A stretch of DNA of 63,071 bases, filler included, from Octopus bimaculoides (taxonomy: Eukaryota): the NCBI RefSeq assembly GCF_001194135.2. It is 5 parts of 4 records of this genome, joined end to end, with 100 filler letters (N's around TTAATTAATTAA, not from the genome) between each part and the next. Parts side by side here need not be neighbours in the genome. Positions count along the whole stretch, not along the records: positions 1 to 10,935 come from NC_068983.1; positions 11,036 to 24,998 come from NC_068986.1; 3 more parts are not named here. One strand, given 5' to 3'. Below the pieces are notes generated by a model, which did not search any database, had not been told where the DNA came from, and saw nothing but the letters and a program-made list of their open reading frames with translations. A program made the position numbers and the translations under genes. Each line of letters opens with the position of its first letter. Position 1 is the stretch's first letter. This document shows, piece after piece, positions 1-11,175 of this stretch.

Positions 1-47
<47 letters not shown>

Positions 48-488
48 GTATGTATATATGTATGTATGTATAAAGAAAGAAAAAGATAAAGAGAGTATTT
101 ATTCATATGCAAATATGAATAGGTAGTATTTAGAGGCCTAAGAGATAGGACAAACTTGTGCGAATAGGGTACCATACACTTAACCGAGATTTTTAATTTT
201 CTCAATTAGTTTCCATTTCTGTATTATGTATAATAACGCAACACTTAATTTTCAAGTGACTCAGACAACTTAACTCAGATTTAGAACTGCGAGATAGGAA
301 CTATTCACTTCTATAAGCACAACAACAATATAAAACTGACAAAAGGTTCCTGAGATATCCACTATCTAAGTGTCTTCCTTTTAGTCATAATGGATTTCTT
401 CTATCAGTTTAAGAAAGGTGTTTCTACAAAGATGAAGTATGTATATTTGAAATTATAGAAATTAAAATATAAGGAGTTATATACGTAC

Positions 489-666
489 CAGAATGATAGA
501 GAGTTCCGCCTTCTTTGAAGAAGTCTTTAGGGATATACGAACGAACCAATGGCTTTTCAGATTTCATTTTATCAAATGAACACATATCAATAATACTCTT
601 AGTGAGTTGATCAGAAATTGGTTTTTCCAAGAAATTAGCAACACGTGACACTGCTTTAAATTGATC
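489..666 (-). CDS. SULT exon 4
   Basis: ACAATAG acceptor, DQFKAVSRVANFLEKPISDQLTKSIIDMCSFDKMKSEKP...GGTLYHSG, GTACGT donor; 178 nt, phase 0 to 1. Confidence 0.9.
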
Positions 667-991
667 CTATTGTAAAGAAATTTTTAACTCAAATTCCTAA
701 GTTTTCAGTAAAATATGTTCGCGTTACAGAAATATGGTTAAAATATGATTAGATTACGACGAAATATGTAATTAAAATATGATCTAAATTATGACAGAAG
801 AAAGAAAGAAACGAATTTATTATAATAAAAAGGTAATGAATTACATTCGTTATGCTAATCATCATCTTCCAATCGGAAAGAATTCGGTAGTATTTAAGAA
901 AACATCAAGCACATGTTTATACATTAGTTTTGTTTTGCGTTTTTTTTTGTTTGTTTTTTTTTTCTTATCAATACTTGAAAAATTAACATAC

Positions 992-1089
992 ATTTTTTAT
1001 TTCTTCATAAGTTATAATAAGAACATTTGGGTTGTTTTTCATAAACTCATAAAATTCCACAGTATGTTTAAAGCAATCAGCGTAAGGAA
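992..1089 (-). CDS. SULT exon 3
   Basis: TAATCAG acceptor, (V)PYADCFKHTVEFYEFMKNNPNVLIITYEEIKN, GTATGT donor; 98 nt, phase 1 to 0. Missed by the ORF track. Confidence 0.88.
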
Positions 1090-1288
1090 CTGATTAATTA
1101 AAAGAAGAATCAGGAAATGCATGATTAGAATACAACGGCCTTTTTTAATAACATCAAATTAACAAAAAAGTAAGTGGAACATTTAAGTTTAAACAAATAC
1201 AGTTGGTAACTTTTTCACTAGGCACAAAAGTTCATACTTTTGAGATTCTGTAATGTTTATGTTTTACCCTAGAAACATCATTAGCATA

Positions 1289-2605
1289 TGTAGGGATGAG
1301 ATGGGGCTGTGACGTCAACGGTCAAGGGGCCCCAACGGAACAGGAAGGGGGAGAGAGGAAGTGAGGGAAGCAAGACCAGGGTCGTCTTCTTGCGGCCTGG
1401 GGTAGTCGCAGTGAACGGACGTCAGTGGAACGAGCTAGCGAGCATTGGTAGTAGCAGCTGCTAACATTAGGTGAGACGGATAGGGAACGTGTTTGGACTT
1501 AACACAGCTGGACAGCCAACAACGAGAGGTAGGTGTACCGTGTTTTATTCCCAGCGCTAGTGGGTCACTACCCAATCGCAGGGTGGCTACGAACAGCGTG
1601 CAGCTACATCAAGAGACGAGCAGATGGGGAAAACTGGGGAGGTAATGTGGGGAGGGGGAGAAGTGATGATGCGGGAGACCCTAGAGAGGGCAAGAGCAGA
1701 AGACCCAGTAGAGGAAACTGGAAGAATGGAACCGTATGGTGCGATACTAGCAGCATAGTGATAGGGTCTGTACTGGAAATCAGAAACGTCGAAGTGGAAG
1801 ACGCGGCCTAGCTTCGAAAAGCAGATGATTACATCAACATGGCTGAGTTGGATGCAGTGCTGAAGGGAGTGAATCTGGCCCTGAAATGGGGGATGCACTC
1901 CATCGAAATCCGAACCGATTCGGCTATCGTGCTTGGCTGAGTAGGATCAGTTATCACCGATGAAAAGAAAGTTCGAACCAAAGGGGCTAAAGAGATGTTA
2001 GTAAAGCGCCGCCTAGAGGTTCTAGGAGAGCTTGCTGCCGAATTTGGTTTGAAGCTGAGTGAGGTCTTTGTGCCTTCAGAAAGGAACAAGGCAGACATTC
2101 TAACCAAGGTGAAAAAGGACTGGTTGGCAGAGCCGGAAGATTCGAAGCAGGGGATAACTGCAGTGTATCGGCTAAGTGACTCGGAACTAAGGAAACTGCA
2201 TGCCATGCATCATATAAGCGTGGATAGAACCCTGTATCTTGCCAGAAGGGTTAACTTTGACGTTATTAGAACATTCAAAAGGTAGTCGGAAACTGTGATA
2301 AGTGTCAATCCATCGACCCTGCTCCCGGTGTGCATGAGCAGGGAAACATCTTGGTAGAGCACAACTGGAGACAATTGGCGGTGGGTGTGACACACAACCG
2401 GCAGGGAACGTATCTTTCGATGATCGACTGCGGGACGGGTCGGAAGGCCATTTCGAGGGAAACGAAAACGGGCACTGCAGACGAGATCCCATGTATCCTG
2501 AACGAGATATTTCTGGAGCAGATCCCTGTGGACGAATTGCTGATGGACATCGGCACTGCTTTTCATTCGGAAATACTAAAGGAGATGCTTGATAAGTGGA
2601 ACGTG
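1289..2605 (+). mobile_element. Degenerate, internally deleted Ty3/Gypsy-like LTR retrotransposon (LTR-like 5' segment, RT thumb, RNase H, integrase fragment)
   Basis: Abrupt GC-rich island starting TGTAG at 1289. Broken frames encode LVGHYPIAGWLRTACSYIKRR (RT C-term), VWCDTSS...INMAELDAVLKGVNLALKWG...IRTDSA...NKADILTK (RNase H D-E-D-D), and HAMHH...CDKC plus YLSMIDCG...LLMDIGTAF (integrase zinc finger and core), with stops and frameshifts. Confidence 0.85.
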
Positions 2606-3651
2606 CTAAATATTTCTATATACCAGTAAACAATAACAGAATATTTTTGACTACATTTAAAACACCTATTGAGATATATTATATCTCGTACTAAAATTAG
2701 CCTGGAGAAAACTAACGAGACATTTAGAAATTATTTTAAATGCTTAACAATTCTGAATGCCCGCATTATCTACAATTGAACGAAGAGGTTAAGGACTTTA
2801 ATGTTAACAACACACACTTCTATGACTGTTATTTCCATAAACCTTAGCACTTCTATTGAAGACAATGAATTTGTTGCCTTTGTACACGGATCACAATCAT
2901 AAAACGAAAGCAAATACTCAATATCGAATAAAAGAAAACGCTTGGTGTTGTTTTGCGACCAGATATTCCGTTCGGTCATCTATAAACATGGAATGCAATT
3001 CTTTAATACTTACCTTGGCTTTTCGGCAGGAAAGGCAAAACATTGCGAAAGACCAATAATAGCAACTGCAATACGAGAAGTATTTAATGGATGTTGTTGT
3101 TGTTGGGAGTAAGAGCGATGATATACTCGGGGAACTTTGGGTGTCGACGAGGATGAAGAAGCTGGTTGGTTTCGGACCAGAAACTACCATGGATAACTTC
3201 CAAAAATCCCTGACCTGATAATGCGACCGAGGAGTATTGCCGGTTGAGGCATTTGGTGCAACGAAAATTTTGATACCATATAATAAATGCTTAAGCTAAC
3301 AGTCTTTGTGTATTTTTAAATAGCCAATATGTGTCTTCCACGTTGTAGTCGTTTCAGTTACAACACACGGTCTCGCATCAAATCACTTGCCTGGCAAATA
3401 CACTTCTGAAATTTATTTAATAAATAAGTGTCTCATTTGTAATATGTGTCTCATGTGATTTCTTCACTCCACAGACATCAAACGAAAAAGGGGTTCATAG
3501 TTATTAAAATAGATCCATTAGCCGCCTAATATACAAAAAAAGCACAAAATTAAAATGAATGTTAATTTATGAAGTTGTGGCAGGGATAGGTAATCCATCT
3601 GAGACTACCATACCTCCATTGGCAATAGAATTTCACCCTTTAATATTGAAG

Positions 3652-3686
3652 TAGTAGTAGAAGTAGTAGTAGTAGTAGTAGTAGTT

Positions 3687-3752
<66 letters not shown>
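3652..3752. repeat. (TAG)n microsatellite next to the SULT exon 2 donor
   Basis: About 33 TAG units; source of the poly-Tyr tail of a spurious ORF. Confidence 0.97.
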
Positions 3753-3766
3753 AATTCTAAGACTAC

Positions 3767-4089
3767 CTTCTCCTTTCATCCAAAGGTCGAAATAGCTGGG
3801 AAAATCTTCGTTGTATTCAAATACTTTAGCCCCCACCAAATGTCTGTAGAACGTCACCGCCATGCCATGGCTTTCGGATTGCGGTTTAGAAAGATAATTT
3901 TGTGATCCTCTAATAATTCCGGGGGTAGAAATTTAGCAGGTATGTGTGCACTCAAGAGCCGAGGCGACTTAGCTGATTCGAGATTTTCTATTGGCACCCA
4001 ATCTAATAGCAAGTCTTCCTTCACAAGAGGAATCCTTTCACTGCTTCCTCTCAATATCATACTAGTCAATTCAAACAACCAATGTGAAC
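3767..4089 (-). CDS. SULT exon 2 (catalytic His and 3'-PB motif; frameshifted)
   Basis: Acceptor TTTCAG, then SHWLFELTSMILRG...SPRLLSAHIPAKFLP...KIIFLNRNPKAMA / VTFYRHLVGAKVFEYNEDFPSYFDLWMKGE split over two frames. Length 323 nt = 318 + 5; 318 fits the phase 1 to phase 1 splice. Confidence 0.9.
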
Positions 4090-4333
4090 CTGAAATTAGA
4101 TATAAAACCTTTAATATTTATACTTTAATAAAAAAATTTAAAAAAGGGTGCTTATTAATTAGTTTGATTCATGAACGTGTTACAAAAAGAAAGCAATTAT
4201 TAAAATCTAAAATGTCAAGAGAATTCTAATAAATTCCGAATTTAATATATATTAATCTAAATGAGATTTCCATGTCTCTTTTATTATTAAAGACACACGC
4301 TTCAATCACAAAGTTAATTTTTATTCACTGTGA

Positions 4334-4335
<2 letters not shown>

Positions 4336-4398
<63 letters not shown>

Positions 4399-4413
4399 CT
4401 ATCTCACTCTCTC

Positions 4414-4450
<37 letters not shown>

Positions 4451-4497
4451 NNNNNNNNNNNNNNNNNNNNNNNNNNNNNNNNNNNNNNNNNNNNNNN

Positions 4498-4556
<59 letters not shown>
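4336..4556. repeat. (CT)n/(CTAT)n microsatellite with gap
   Basis: Direct reading of the sequence. Confidence 0.97.
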
Positions 4557-4558
<2 letters not shown>

Positions 4559-4599
4559 GTACAGGCACCTTCAAGTGGTGCTTATACAACCACAGGTCT

Positions 4600-4725
4600 T
4601 CTTTCAGGATTCCGGAAAGACAATTCGTCACTTCCTGGCAAGCAACGTGTGGCACCTTAAAGATGAAGGAATCCCATACGATATTAAGTGGAGGATCATA
4701 GAGCGGCCGGGATCCTATAAGCAAA
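4600..4725 (+). mobile_element. Penelope-like element GIY-YIG endonuclease C-terminal remnant
   Basis: LASNVWHLKDEGIPYDIKWRIIERPGSYK resembles the 'LSKYIWxLKxxxxxYxIKWxII' tail of PLE endonucleases, and lies close to the hammerhead-bearing repeat at 5196-5532. Confidence 0.55.
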
Positions 4726-5240
4726 CTTTGCATAGCGGAGCTAGCAAGGATCCTCAAAGACACTCGATATTCAGAATTACTATTAAATTCCGGACACGAA
4801 ATTTATAGCCCCTACTTCCATTTCAAACGCTAACTGTTGCAAGGATGGGATACCCCATTCATCGATCAGAACAGTAAAATCTCCTTACAGGCTAGAAGCA
4901 ACCTAAGGGCGGAGGTTCCCCATTCGCCATTTTAGCCTGTATGGACTGCCATCTGAACTGAACTAAGGGATATAACTTACCCTAGCGGACCCAAAATGCT
5001 TGTTCTTTGCGTACTAATTATGTGTGCGCGCGCGTGTGTGTGCATAAATCAACAATATATAAGAAGGATCTGAGAGAATAATTCCAGGGTAGCCAAATGT
5101 TGCTTAAGTATCCTAGGAAACAATGGACACACTTGTGTGGGATTTGAATCCGGGGACAAGCAAGACGTATTTAGGAGAAAATAAGAAAACTAGAGAAAGG
5201 AGACAAACGCTCAAGATGTTATTAAATCATTTACATCTTC

Positions 5241-5334
5241 ATATCTTCTACACATGTTTCGATGGATGCAACCAAAATACGTCCGACAGGATGAATAATG
5301 GTCAGCTTTGCATCAATCTCTTCAGGGAGAATAT
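5241..5334 (-). ncRNA. Type I hammerhead ribozyme, inverted sister copy
   Basis: Reverse complement reads AUAUUCUCC-CUGAAGA-GAU-U-GAUGCAA...UUGCAUC-C-AUC-GAAAC-AUGU-GUA-GAAGAUAU. Core intact, stem II loop 13 nt longer, stem I has a mismatch at its second pair. Confidence 0.7.
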
Positions 5335-5410
5335 AAATAACAGTTCTCATCAAATAGACATTTTAACAGATATATCTGTTAAAATGTCTATTTGATGAGA
5401 AGTGTTATTT

Positions 5411-5488
5411 ATATCCTTCCTGAAGAGATTGATGCATAGCTGTCGGACGTATTTTGGATGCATCCATCGAAACATGTGTAGAAGATAT
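5411..5488 (+). ncRNA. Type I hammerhead ribozyme (Penelope pLTR-type)
   Basis: Stem I AUAUCCUUC/GAAGAUAU (8 bp, one bulge); CUGAAGA 5420-5426; stem II GAU-U-GAUGCAU...AUGCAUC-C-AUC closed by G10.1-C11.1; GAAA 5469-5472; short stem III AC-AUGU-GU; GUA cleavage triplet 5478-5480. Confidence 0.8.
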
Positions 5489-6485
5489 GAAGATATAAAT
5501 GATATAATAACATCCTGAGCGTTTGTCTCCTTTATACATATATATATATATANNNNNNNNNNNNNNNNNNNNNNNNNNNNNNNNNNNNNNNNNNNNNNNN
5601 NNNNNNNNNNNNNNNNNNNNNNNNNNNNNNNNNNNNNNNNNNNNNNNNNNNNNNNNNNNNNNNNNNNNNNNNNNNNNNNNNNNNNNNNNNNNNNNNNNNN
5701 NNNNNNNNNNNNNNNNNNNNNNNNNNNNNNNNNNNNNNNNNNNNNNNNNNNNNNNNNNNNNNNNNNNNNNNNNNNNNNNNNNNNNNNNNNNNNNNNNNNN
5801 NNNNNNNNNNNNNNNNNNNNNNNNNNNNNNNNNNNNNNNNNNNNNNNNNNNNNNNNNNNNNNNNNNNNNNNNNNNNNNNNNNNNNNNNNNNNNNNNNNNN
5901 NNNNNNNNNNNNNNNNNNNNNNNNNNNNNNNNNNNNNNNNNNNNNNNNNNNNNNNNNNNNNNNNNNNNNNNNNNNNNNNNNNNNNNNNNNNNNNNNNNNN
6001 NNNNNNNNNNNNNNNNNNNNNNNNNNNNNNNNNNNNNNNNNNNNNNNNNNNNNNNNNNNNNNNNNNNNNNNNNNNNNNNNNNNNNNNNNNNNNNNNNNNN
6101 NNNNNNNNNNNNNNNNNNNNNNNNNNNNNNNNNNNNNNNNNNNNNNNNNNNNNNNNNNNNNNNNNNNNNNNNNNNNNNNNNNNNNNNNNNNNNNNNNNNN
6201 NNNNNNNNNNNNNNNNNNNNNNNNNNNNNNNNNNNNNNNNNNNNNNNNNNNNNNNNNNNNNNNNNNNNNNNNNNNNNNNNNNNNNNNNNNNNNNNNNNNN
6301 NNNNNNNNNNNNNNNNNNNNNNNNNNNNNNNNNNNNNNNNNNNNNNNNNNNNNNNNNNNNNNNNNNNNNNNNNNNNNNNNNNNNNNNNNNNNNNNNNNNN
6401 NNNNNNNNNNNNNNNNNNNNNNNNNNNGATTACATTAAGATACGGTAGGAATACTCAGAATATATAGACATGTTTATTATGTGTG

Positions 6486-6541
<56 letters not shown>

Positions 6542-7269
6542 TTACAGGTTAAGCAACCAACTAAGGGATAATAAGTATCCAGTATACTACTGGATGTATA
6601 CCTACGTATTTATATCCAATTGCAGGGCAGTATCGCAATTGAATAATAGGTATGAGTGGTGATAAAAAAAGAAATTTACCTAGAATTCATAAGGCGAATA
6701 AGAAAATGGAGAGGATAATCAATCGACAAACATCAGCGTGTAAACATTCACTTGGATCTATTTATTAATTAATTACAATCATATGTGTAAGTGATCAAAA
6801 TAAGCAAATAAAATAAACATATAAACAAGTAAATAAATAGATAAATAAAAATAAATAAATGAAGAAGAATAAATGAGTGAAAAAATACTAAACTCTTACA
6901 GCTGTTTCTAATATGGCGTTGTCCAATTTGCCAAGTTTTCCACATCATACCAGTAATATACAGGAATTGTACAAAGGTTGGACAAACATTGTACAGGGGT
7001 TGGACAATAATTGAACCCCCAAAGCTTCATCAGAGACCATAATGTTAGGAATCTAACATGTGAGGAGGTAAGGTAAAATAATAAAATAAGATAACATAAT
7101 AAAAAATAGTAAAAAATGGTAAAAAATAAAAAAAATTGTAAAACAAAATAGTTACTATTTTTCGATTCTTATTTCTAGCAAAGCTGGTACTTGATGTACC
7201 CTCAATTATAATTATTATAAATTTATGAATTGGCCTTTTGGGATTTATTGCTGGCTGGCCACTTATATT

Positions 7270-7405
<136 letters not shown>

Positions 7406-7911
7406 NNNNNNNNNNNNNNNNNNNNNNNNNNNNNNNNNNNNNNNNNNNNNNNNNNNNNNNNNNNNNNNNNNNNNNNNNNNNNNNNNNNNNNNNNNNNNNN
7501 NNNNNNNNNNNNNNNNNNNNNNNNNNNNNNNNNNNNNNNNNNNNNNNNNNNNNNNNNNNNNNNNNNNNNNNNNNNNNNNNNNNNNNNNNNNNNNNNNNNN
7601 NNNNNNNNNNNNNNNNNNNNNNNNNNNNNNNNNNNNNNNNNNNNNNNNNNNNNNNNNNNNNNNNNNNNNNNNNNNNNNNNNNNNNNNNNNNNNNNNNNNN
7701 NNNNNNNNNNNNNNNNNNNNNNNNNNNNNNNNNNNNNNNNNNNNNNNNNNNNNNNNNNNNNNNNNNNNNNNNNNNNNNNNNNNNNNNNNNNNNNNNNNNN
7801 NNNNNNNNNNNNNNNNNNNNNNNNNNNNNNNNNNNNNNNNNNNNNNNNNNNNNNNNNNNNNNNNNNNNNNNNNNNNNNNNNNNNNNNNNNNNNNNNNNNN
7901 NNNNNNNNNNN

Positions 7912-7943
<32 letters not shown>

Positions 7944-7959
7944 TAAAACATAAGTCCTG

Positions 7960-8045
7960 GGGCCGACTTATTCGACTAAAACCTTTCAGGACGATGTCCC
8001 AGCATAGCCGCAGTCTCATGACTGAAACAAGTAAAAGATAAAATA
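7960..8045 (+). mobile_element. 3' tail of tRNA-derived SINE family A
   Basis: TAAGTCCTGGGG..CGACT...GCAT.GCCGCAGTC...ATGACTGAAACAAGTAAAAGA matches the tails of the fuller copies at 18530 and 30634. Confidence 0.7.
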
Positions 8046-8229
8046 AGATGAGATAATAACATCATATCGAAATTACTTTGCAGACAGATTTAATGCCTTT
8101 ATAGGCTGACGGCTTTCATCTACTGGAAGCATATGGAATGAAATGCCTTGCTCGTGGACACAACCCTGTCGTGAGACTCGAACGCACGATTTTACGATCG
8201 AAAACTGAACAGTCTAACCACTGAATTAT

Positions 8230-8610
8230 CGCACTATTGTTCGGACCATCTTAAACAGTCTGCAAAAGCTAGCAGAAAGTATATATCCAATGCGACTTCC
8301 ATATTGAAAGGGTAACAGTAGATACGCTTATTTTCCTAAACTAAAATGCTGAGGACAGTAAATATCCCGGTACGTCACTTTGATTGACCTCACTGTATCG
8401 ACCTGGTTAACACAAATTAACACAGACGAACTTTTCAAGACTCTTCTGGAGATAGGCTGTCTACCAAAACTAAAACGTGATAGTATCCTTTCACACCAAT
8501 ATGAAGGAAACGTTAAGACCTTGAGTATATTCATTGCTCTTTTCCTAGTCTTGTGATTGTCCTTTGTCTTTCCAATAAGAGAGAGTAAAACACAAAAAAC
8601 GCTGTACATA
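8230..8610 (-). mobile_element. Possible degenerate I-group LINE RT C-terminal remnant
   Basis: KRAMNILKVLTFPSY...LDTV resembles the 'KRALNILKVLS..WGAD' segment of I-group elements; heavily decayed. Confidence 0.35.
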
Positions 8611-8691
8611 AATTCAAATAAAGTTCAGCACAACACTTAGTAATAAGAAACCAAAGAACAAAAGAAAAAAAGGAGAAAGAAGAAACGCACT

Positions 8692-8864
8692 CAACACCAG
8701 AGCTGGAGATACCTCCGAAATGGGGATGGAGGGCGCCACGTCGAAAACGGTAGAGGAGTAGGGGCCGAAACTAGACGTGGTTCTTCCTGATGATGTTTTT
8801 AGCCCCTGGATCCTATAAAGGAGCTGTTGAAGTAGTGAACCACGAAATGTGGTTGGAATTCCTC
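8692..8864 (+). mobile_element. Penelope-like/retrozyme-like short repeat with degenerate hammerhead motifs (copy 1)
   Basis: Clearly homologous to 19688-19859; contains CCGAAAC, CTGATGA and CGAAA motifs; flanked by a 29-bp direct repeat (8615-8643 and 8864-8892, 2 mismatches). Confidence 0.55.
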
Positions 8865-9126
8865 AAATAAGGTTCGGCACAACACTTAGTAAGTCCATAG
8901 ACCAAAACATGTATTCGAAGTTGGAACTTTTGAACGTATTTTTCCCCTTTATTAATACGAAATAGACAGATTAAGTACGATTCTACAATTAAATTTTTAA
9001 TTACGATTATTATGATGCTATATATAGAATAAATTATCCTCCTTACAGCAGTTAAAGGAATGAACCAATTAAATTAACATTGGTGTAATAATATGTTTTT
9101 TATAATACAATATTGTCAAATATTAC

Positions 9127-9322
9127 CTGCTCCAGGATATGAATACATCAAAATATCATCAGATCTAATTTTCACTGTTTTCAATTTAGGTAAAGCAGTT
9201 GCAGCCATTTCTAAATAAAGAATATTGTACCCTTTATATTGATAAACAGGCATAGGATTCCCGTCTTTGCCGAAAAATTGTTTAAAATTAATTCCGGTTT
9301 CTTTTATTTCTTCAGAATCCAT
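9127..9322 (-). CDS. SULT exon 1 (ATG to 5'-PSB loop)
   Basis: MDSEEIKETG...KIRSDDILMYSYPGAG matches the SULT N-terminal 'DDxxxxYPKSG' region. Phase-1 donor GTAATA follows; a candidate acceptor AG lies 20 nt upstream of the ATG (plus-strand CT at 9343-9344). Confidence 0.9.
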
Positions 9323-9636
9323 GTTCTGTTCCTTATTTATAGCTGTTGTTGATATATTAATTGTTATTGTTAGTTTTTAAAGTCTAAAGCTTAGTAATAA
9401 TATCCTTGTGAGAAAGTAATTTTCTATTCCTTTGCACAGATTGTAACAAGATGCAACTGGGAGGATGCCTTGCCATGTGTGTGTGGAGTCGTGTTAGTGC
9501 ATTAATTATGCAATGCGTAGATTATTTTAAATGTATGTGCCTACGTGTACAATTTTAGAAATGAGCCAGGCTTTTCTTAAGCCTGTTCGGTTTATCTATC
9601 GTACTAGACACACACAAACGCACGCACACACACATA

Positions 9637-9957
9637 TTCTTTTACTTGTTCCAGTCATTACACTGCGGCCATGCTGGGGCACCACTTTGAAGAAATTTAG
9701 TGAAATGAATCCACCCCAGTACTCTTTTTAAGTCTTGTAATTATTCGATCGGTTTCCTTTTGCTGAACTGCTAAGTTTTGGGGACGTAAACAAACCAACA
9801 CGGGTTGTCATGCGGTAGTGGGGGGAACACACACACATATACATATGTGTGTGTGTGTGTGTGTGTTCAACGGGCTTTGTTCGACCCGAGGCTATGGCAG
9901 TACACAGTTGCCCAAGGTGCCACGCAGTGGGACTGAACCCGGAGCTATGCGGTTATG
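9637..9957 (-). mobile_element. tRNA-derived SINE family A, decayed copy
   Basis: Reverse complement of the family-A head (GGGTTCAGTCCCACTGCGTGGCACCTTGGGCAA) and tail (CAGCATGGCCGCAG...GACTGGAACAAGTAAAAGA). Confidence 0.8.
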
Positions 9958-10255
9958 NNNNNNNNNNNNNNNNNNNNNNNNNNNNNNNNNNNNNNNNNNN
10001 NNNNNNNNNNNNNNNNNNNNNNNNNNNNNNNNNNNNNNNNNNNNNNNNNNNNNNNNNTCAGGAATTGACATTTGGTGCATGAGAGAGTTTGATGCAGCTG
10101 CCTTCATTTGCACGTATGTATGTATGTATGTATGTATGTATGTATGTATGTATATCAGATTTGAAATTATGTGTGTGTTTGTGTGTGTATCAAAAAAGTC
10201 ATTCAATAAGTATGCATGTATTTGTGTATGTACTGATGCGATTCTGCCCTGTACT

Positions 10256-10293
<38 letters not shown>

Positions 10294-10935
10294 GATTTCT
10301 CTCTCTTCCTTTCTCTAATTCGTCTTTTTCTCCCCTTCTCCCTCTTTCGCTCTTTCTCTCTCATCCTTTCCGTAATTCTTTTTCTCCCTTTCCCCGTTTC
10401 CTGTCTGTTCCCTCTCCCTCTCCTTCTTCTTCCTTTACTCTCTCGTTGCTCACACGTGACCATCGTCCATCTTTCTTTCCCTCACGTGATCATCTTTCTT
10501 TTCTTTTGGTCTGTCACACAGACCAGACGCATTTTTATCTGTCTCCTCTCCTATCTTTTCTCTTGTCAAAGAATGTTCCTCCAACGTTCGCCACCTTACC
10601 TCGTCTGGCTTAGCGGCCCTCACTGTTTTCACTGTCTTGTTTTTGTTACCAACTTTGACCCTCCGAAAATCCCAAATTTTATTTTGGTTCGAGAGAGCAA
10701 CTGTTTCTCAAAGGCACATATTGTTGTGAAATGCTCGAAATGTGGAGTAGATAAACAGCCGACAACTGGTGAAGGGTCTTTCTTTATGTTACTTGTCTTG
10801 TTTTCCATTTTATTTTTCTCGTTGTTCGCATAAAAAAGTTTGTCTTCGTGTTTCATGTTGTTTTCGTATTTCTTGGTATTTTCGTATTACGTATTGTTTA
10901 CGTTTTGCGACGTCCTGTACCCATATATGCATATA

Positions 10936-11035
10936 NNNNNNNNNNNNNNNNNNNNNNNNNNNNNNNNNNNNNNNNNNNNTTAATTAATTAANNNNNNNNN
11001 NNNNNNNNNNNNNNNNNNNNNNNNNNNNNNNNNNN
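10936..11035. other. Artificial scaffold join (44 N + TTAATTAATTAA + 44 N); identical joins have their 12-mer at 25043-25054, 52790-52801 and 59777-59788
   Basis: The same six-frame-stop 12-mer is embedded in a 100-bp N spacer four times. Confidence 0.95.
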
Positions 11036-11099
11036 ATTATTATTATTATTATTATTATTATCATTATCTTTATCGTTATCATTATTATTATTATTATTA

Positions 11100-11175
<76 letters not shown>

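Larger units (their letters stand above)
5196..5532. repeat. Long palindrome / inverted Penelope-like pLTR pair
   Basis: Perfect loopless 58-bp palindrome 5344-5401 centred at 5372/5373. Arms extend to 5196 and 5532 with a few mismatches and one 13-nt indel; the right arm runs into (TA)n and an N gap. Confidence 0.92.

Noticed and set aside
1289-1608. Apparent complete LTR bounded by TGTAG...CTACA
   Set aside because: The CTACA lies inside the RT-thumb coding sequence (ACSYIKRR), so the inverted terminus is probably coincidental.
3633-3766. Poly-Tyr, poly-Ile, poly-Asn, poly-Leu and YI/CV/HT repeat ORFs throughout the window
   Set aside because: Translations of (TAG)n, (ATT)n, (CTT)n, (TA)n and (CA)n microsatellites.
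10980-10991. TTAATTAATTAA 12-mer repeated four times across the window
   Set aside because: Always centred in 100-bp N spacers; an artificial six-frame-stop scaffold linker, not biology.
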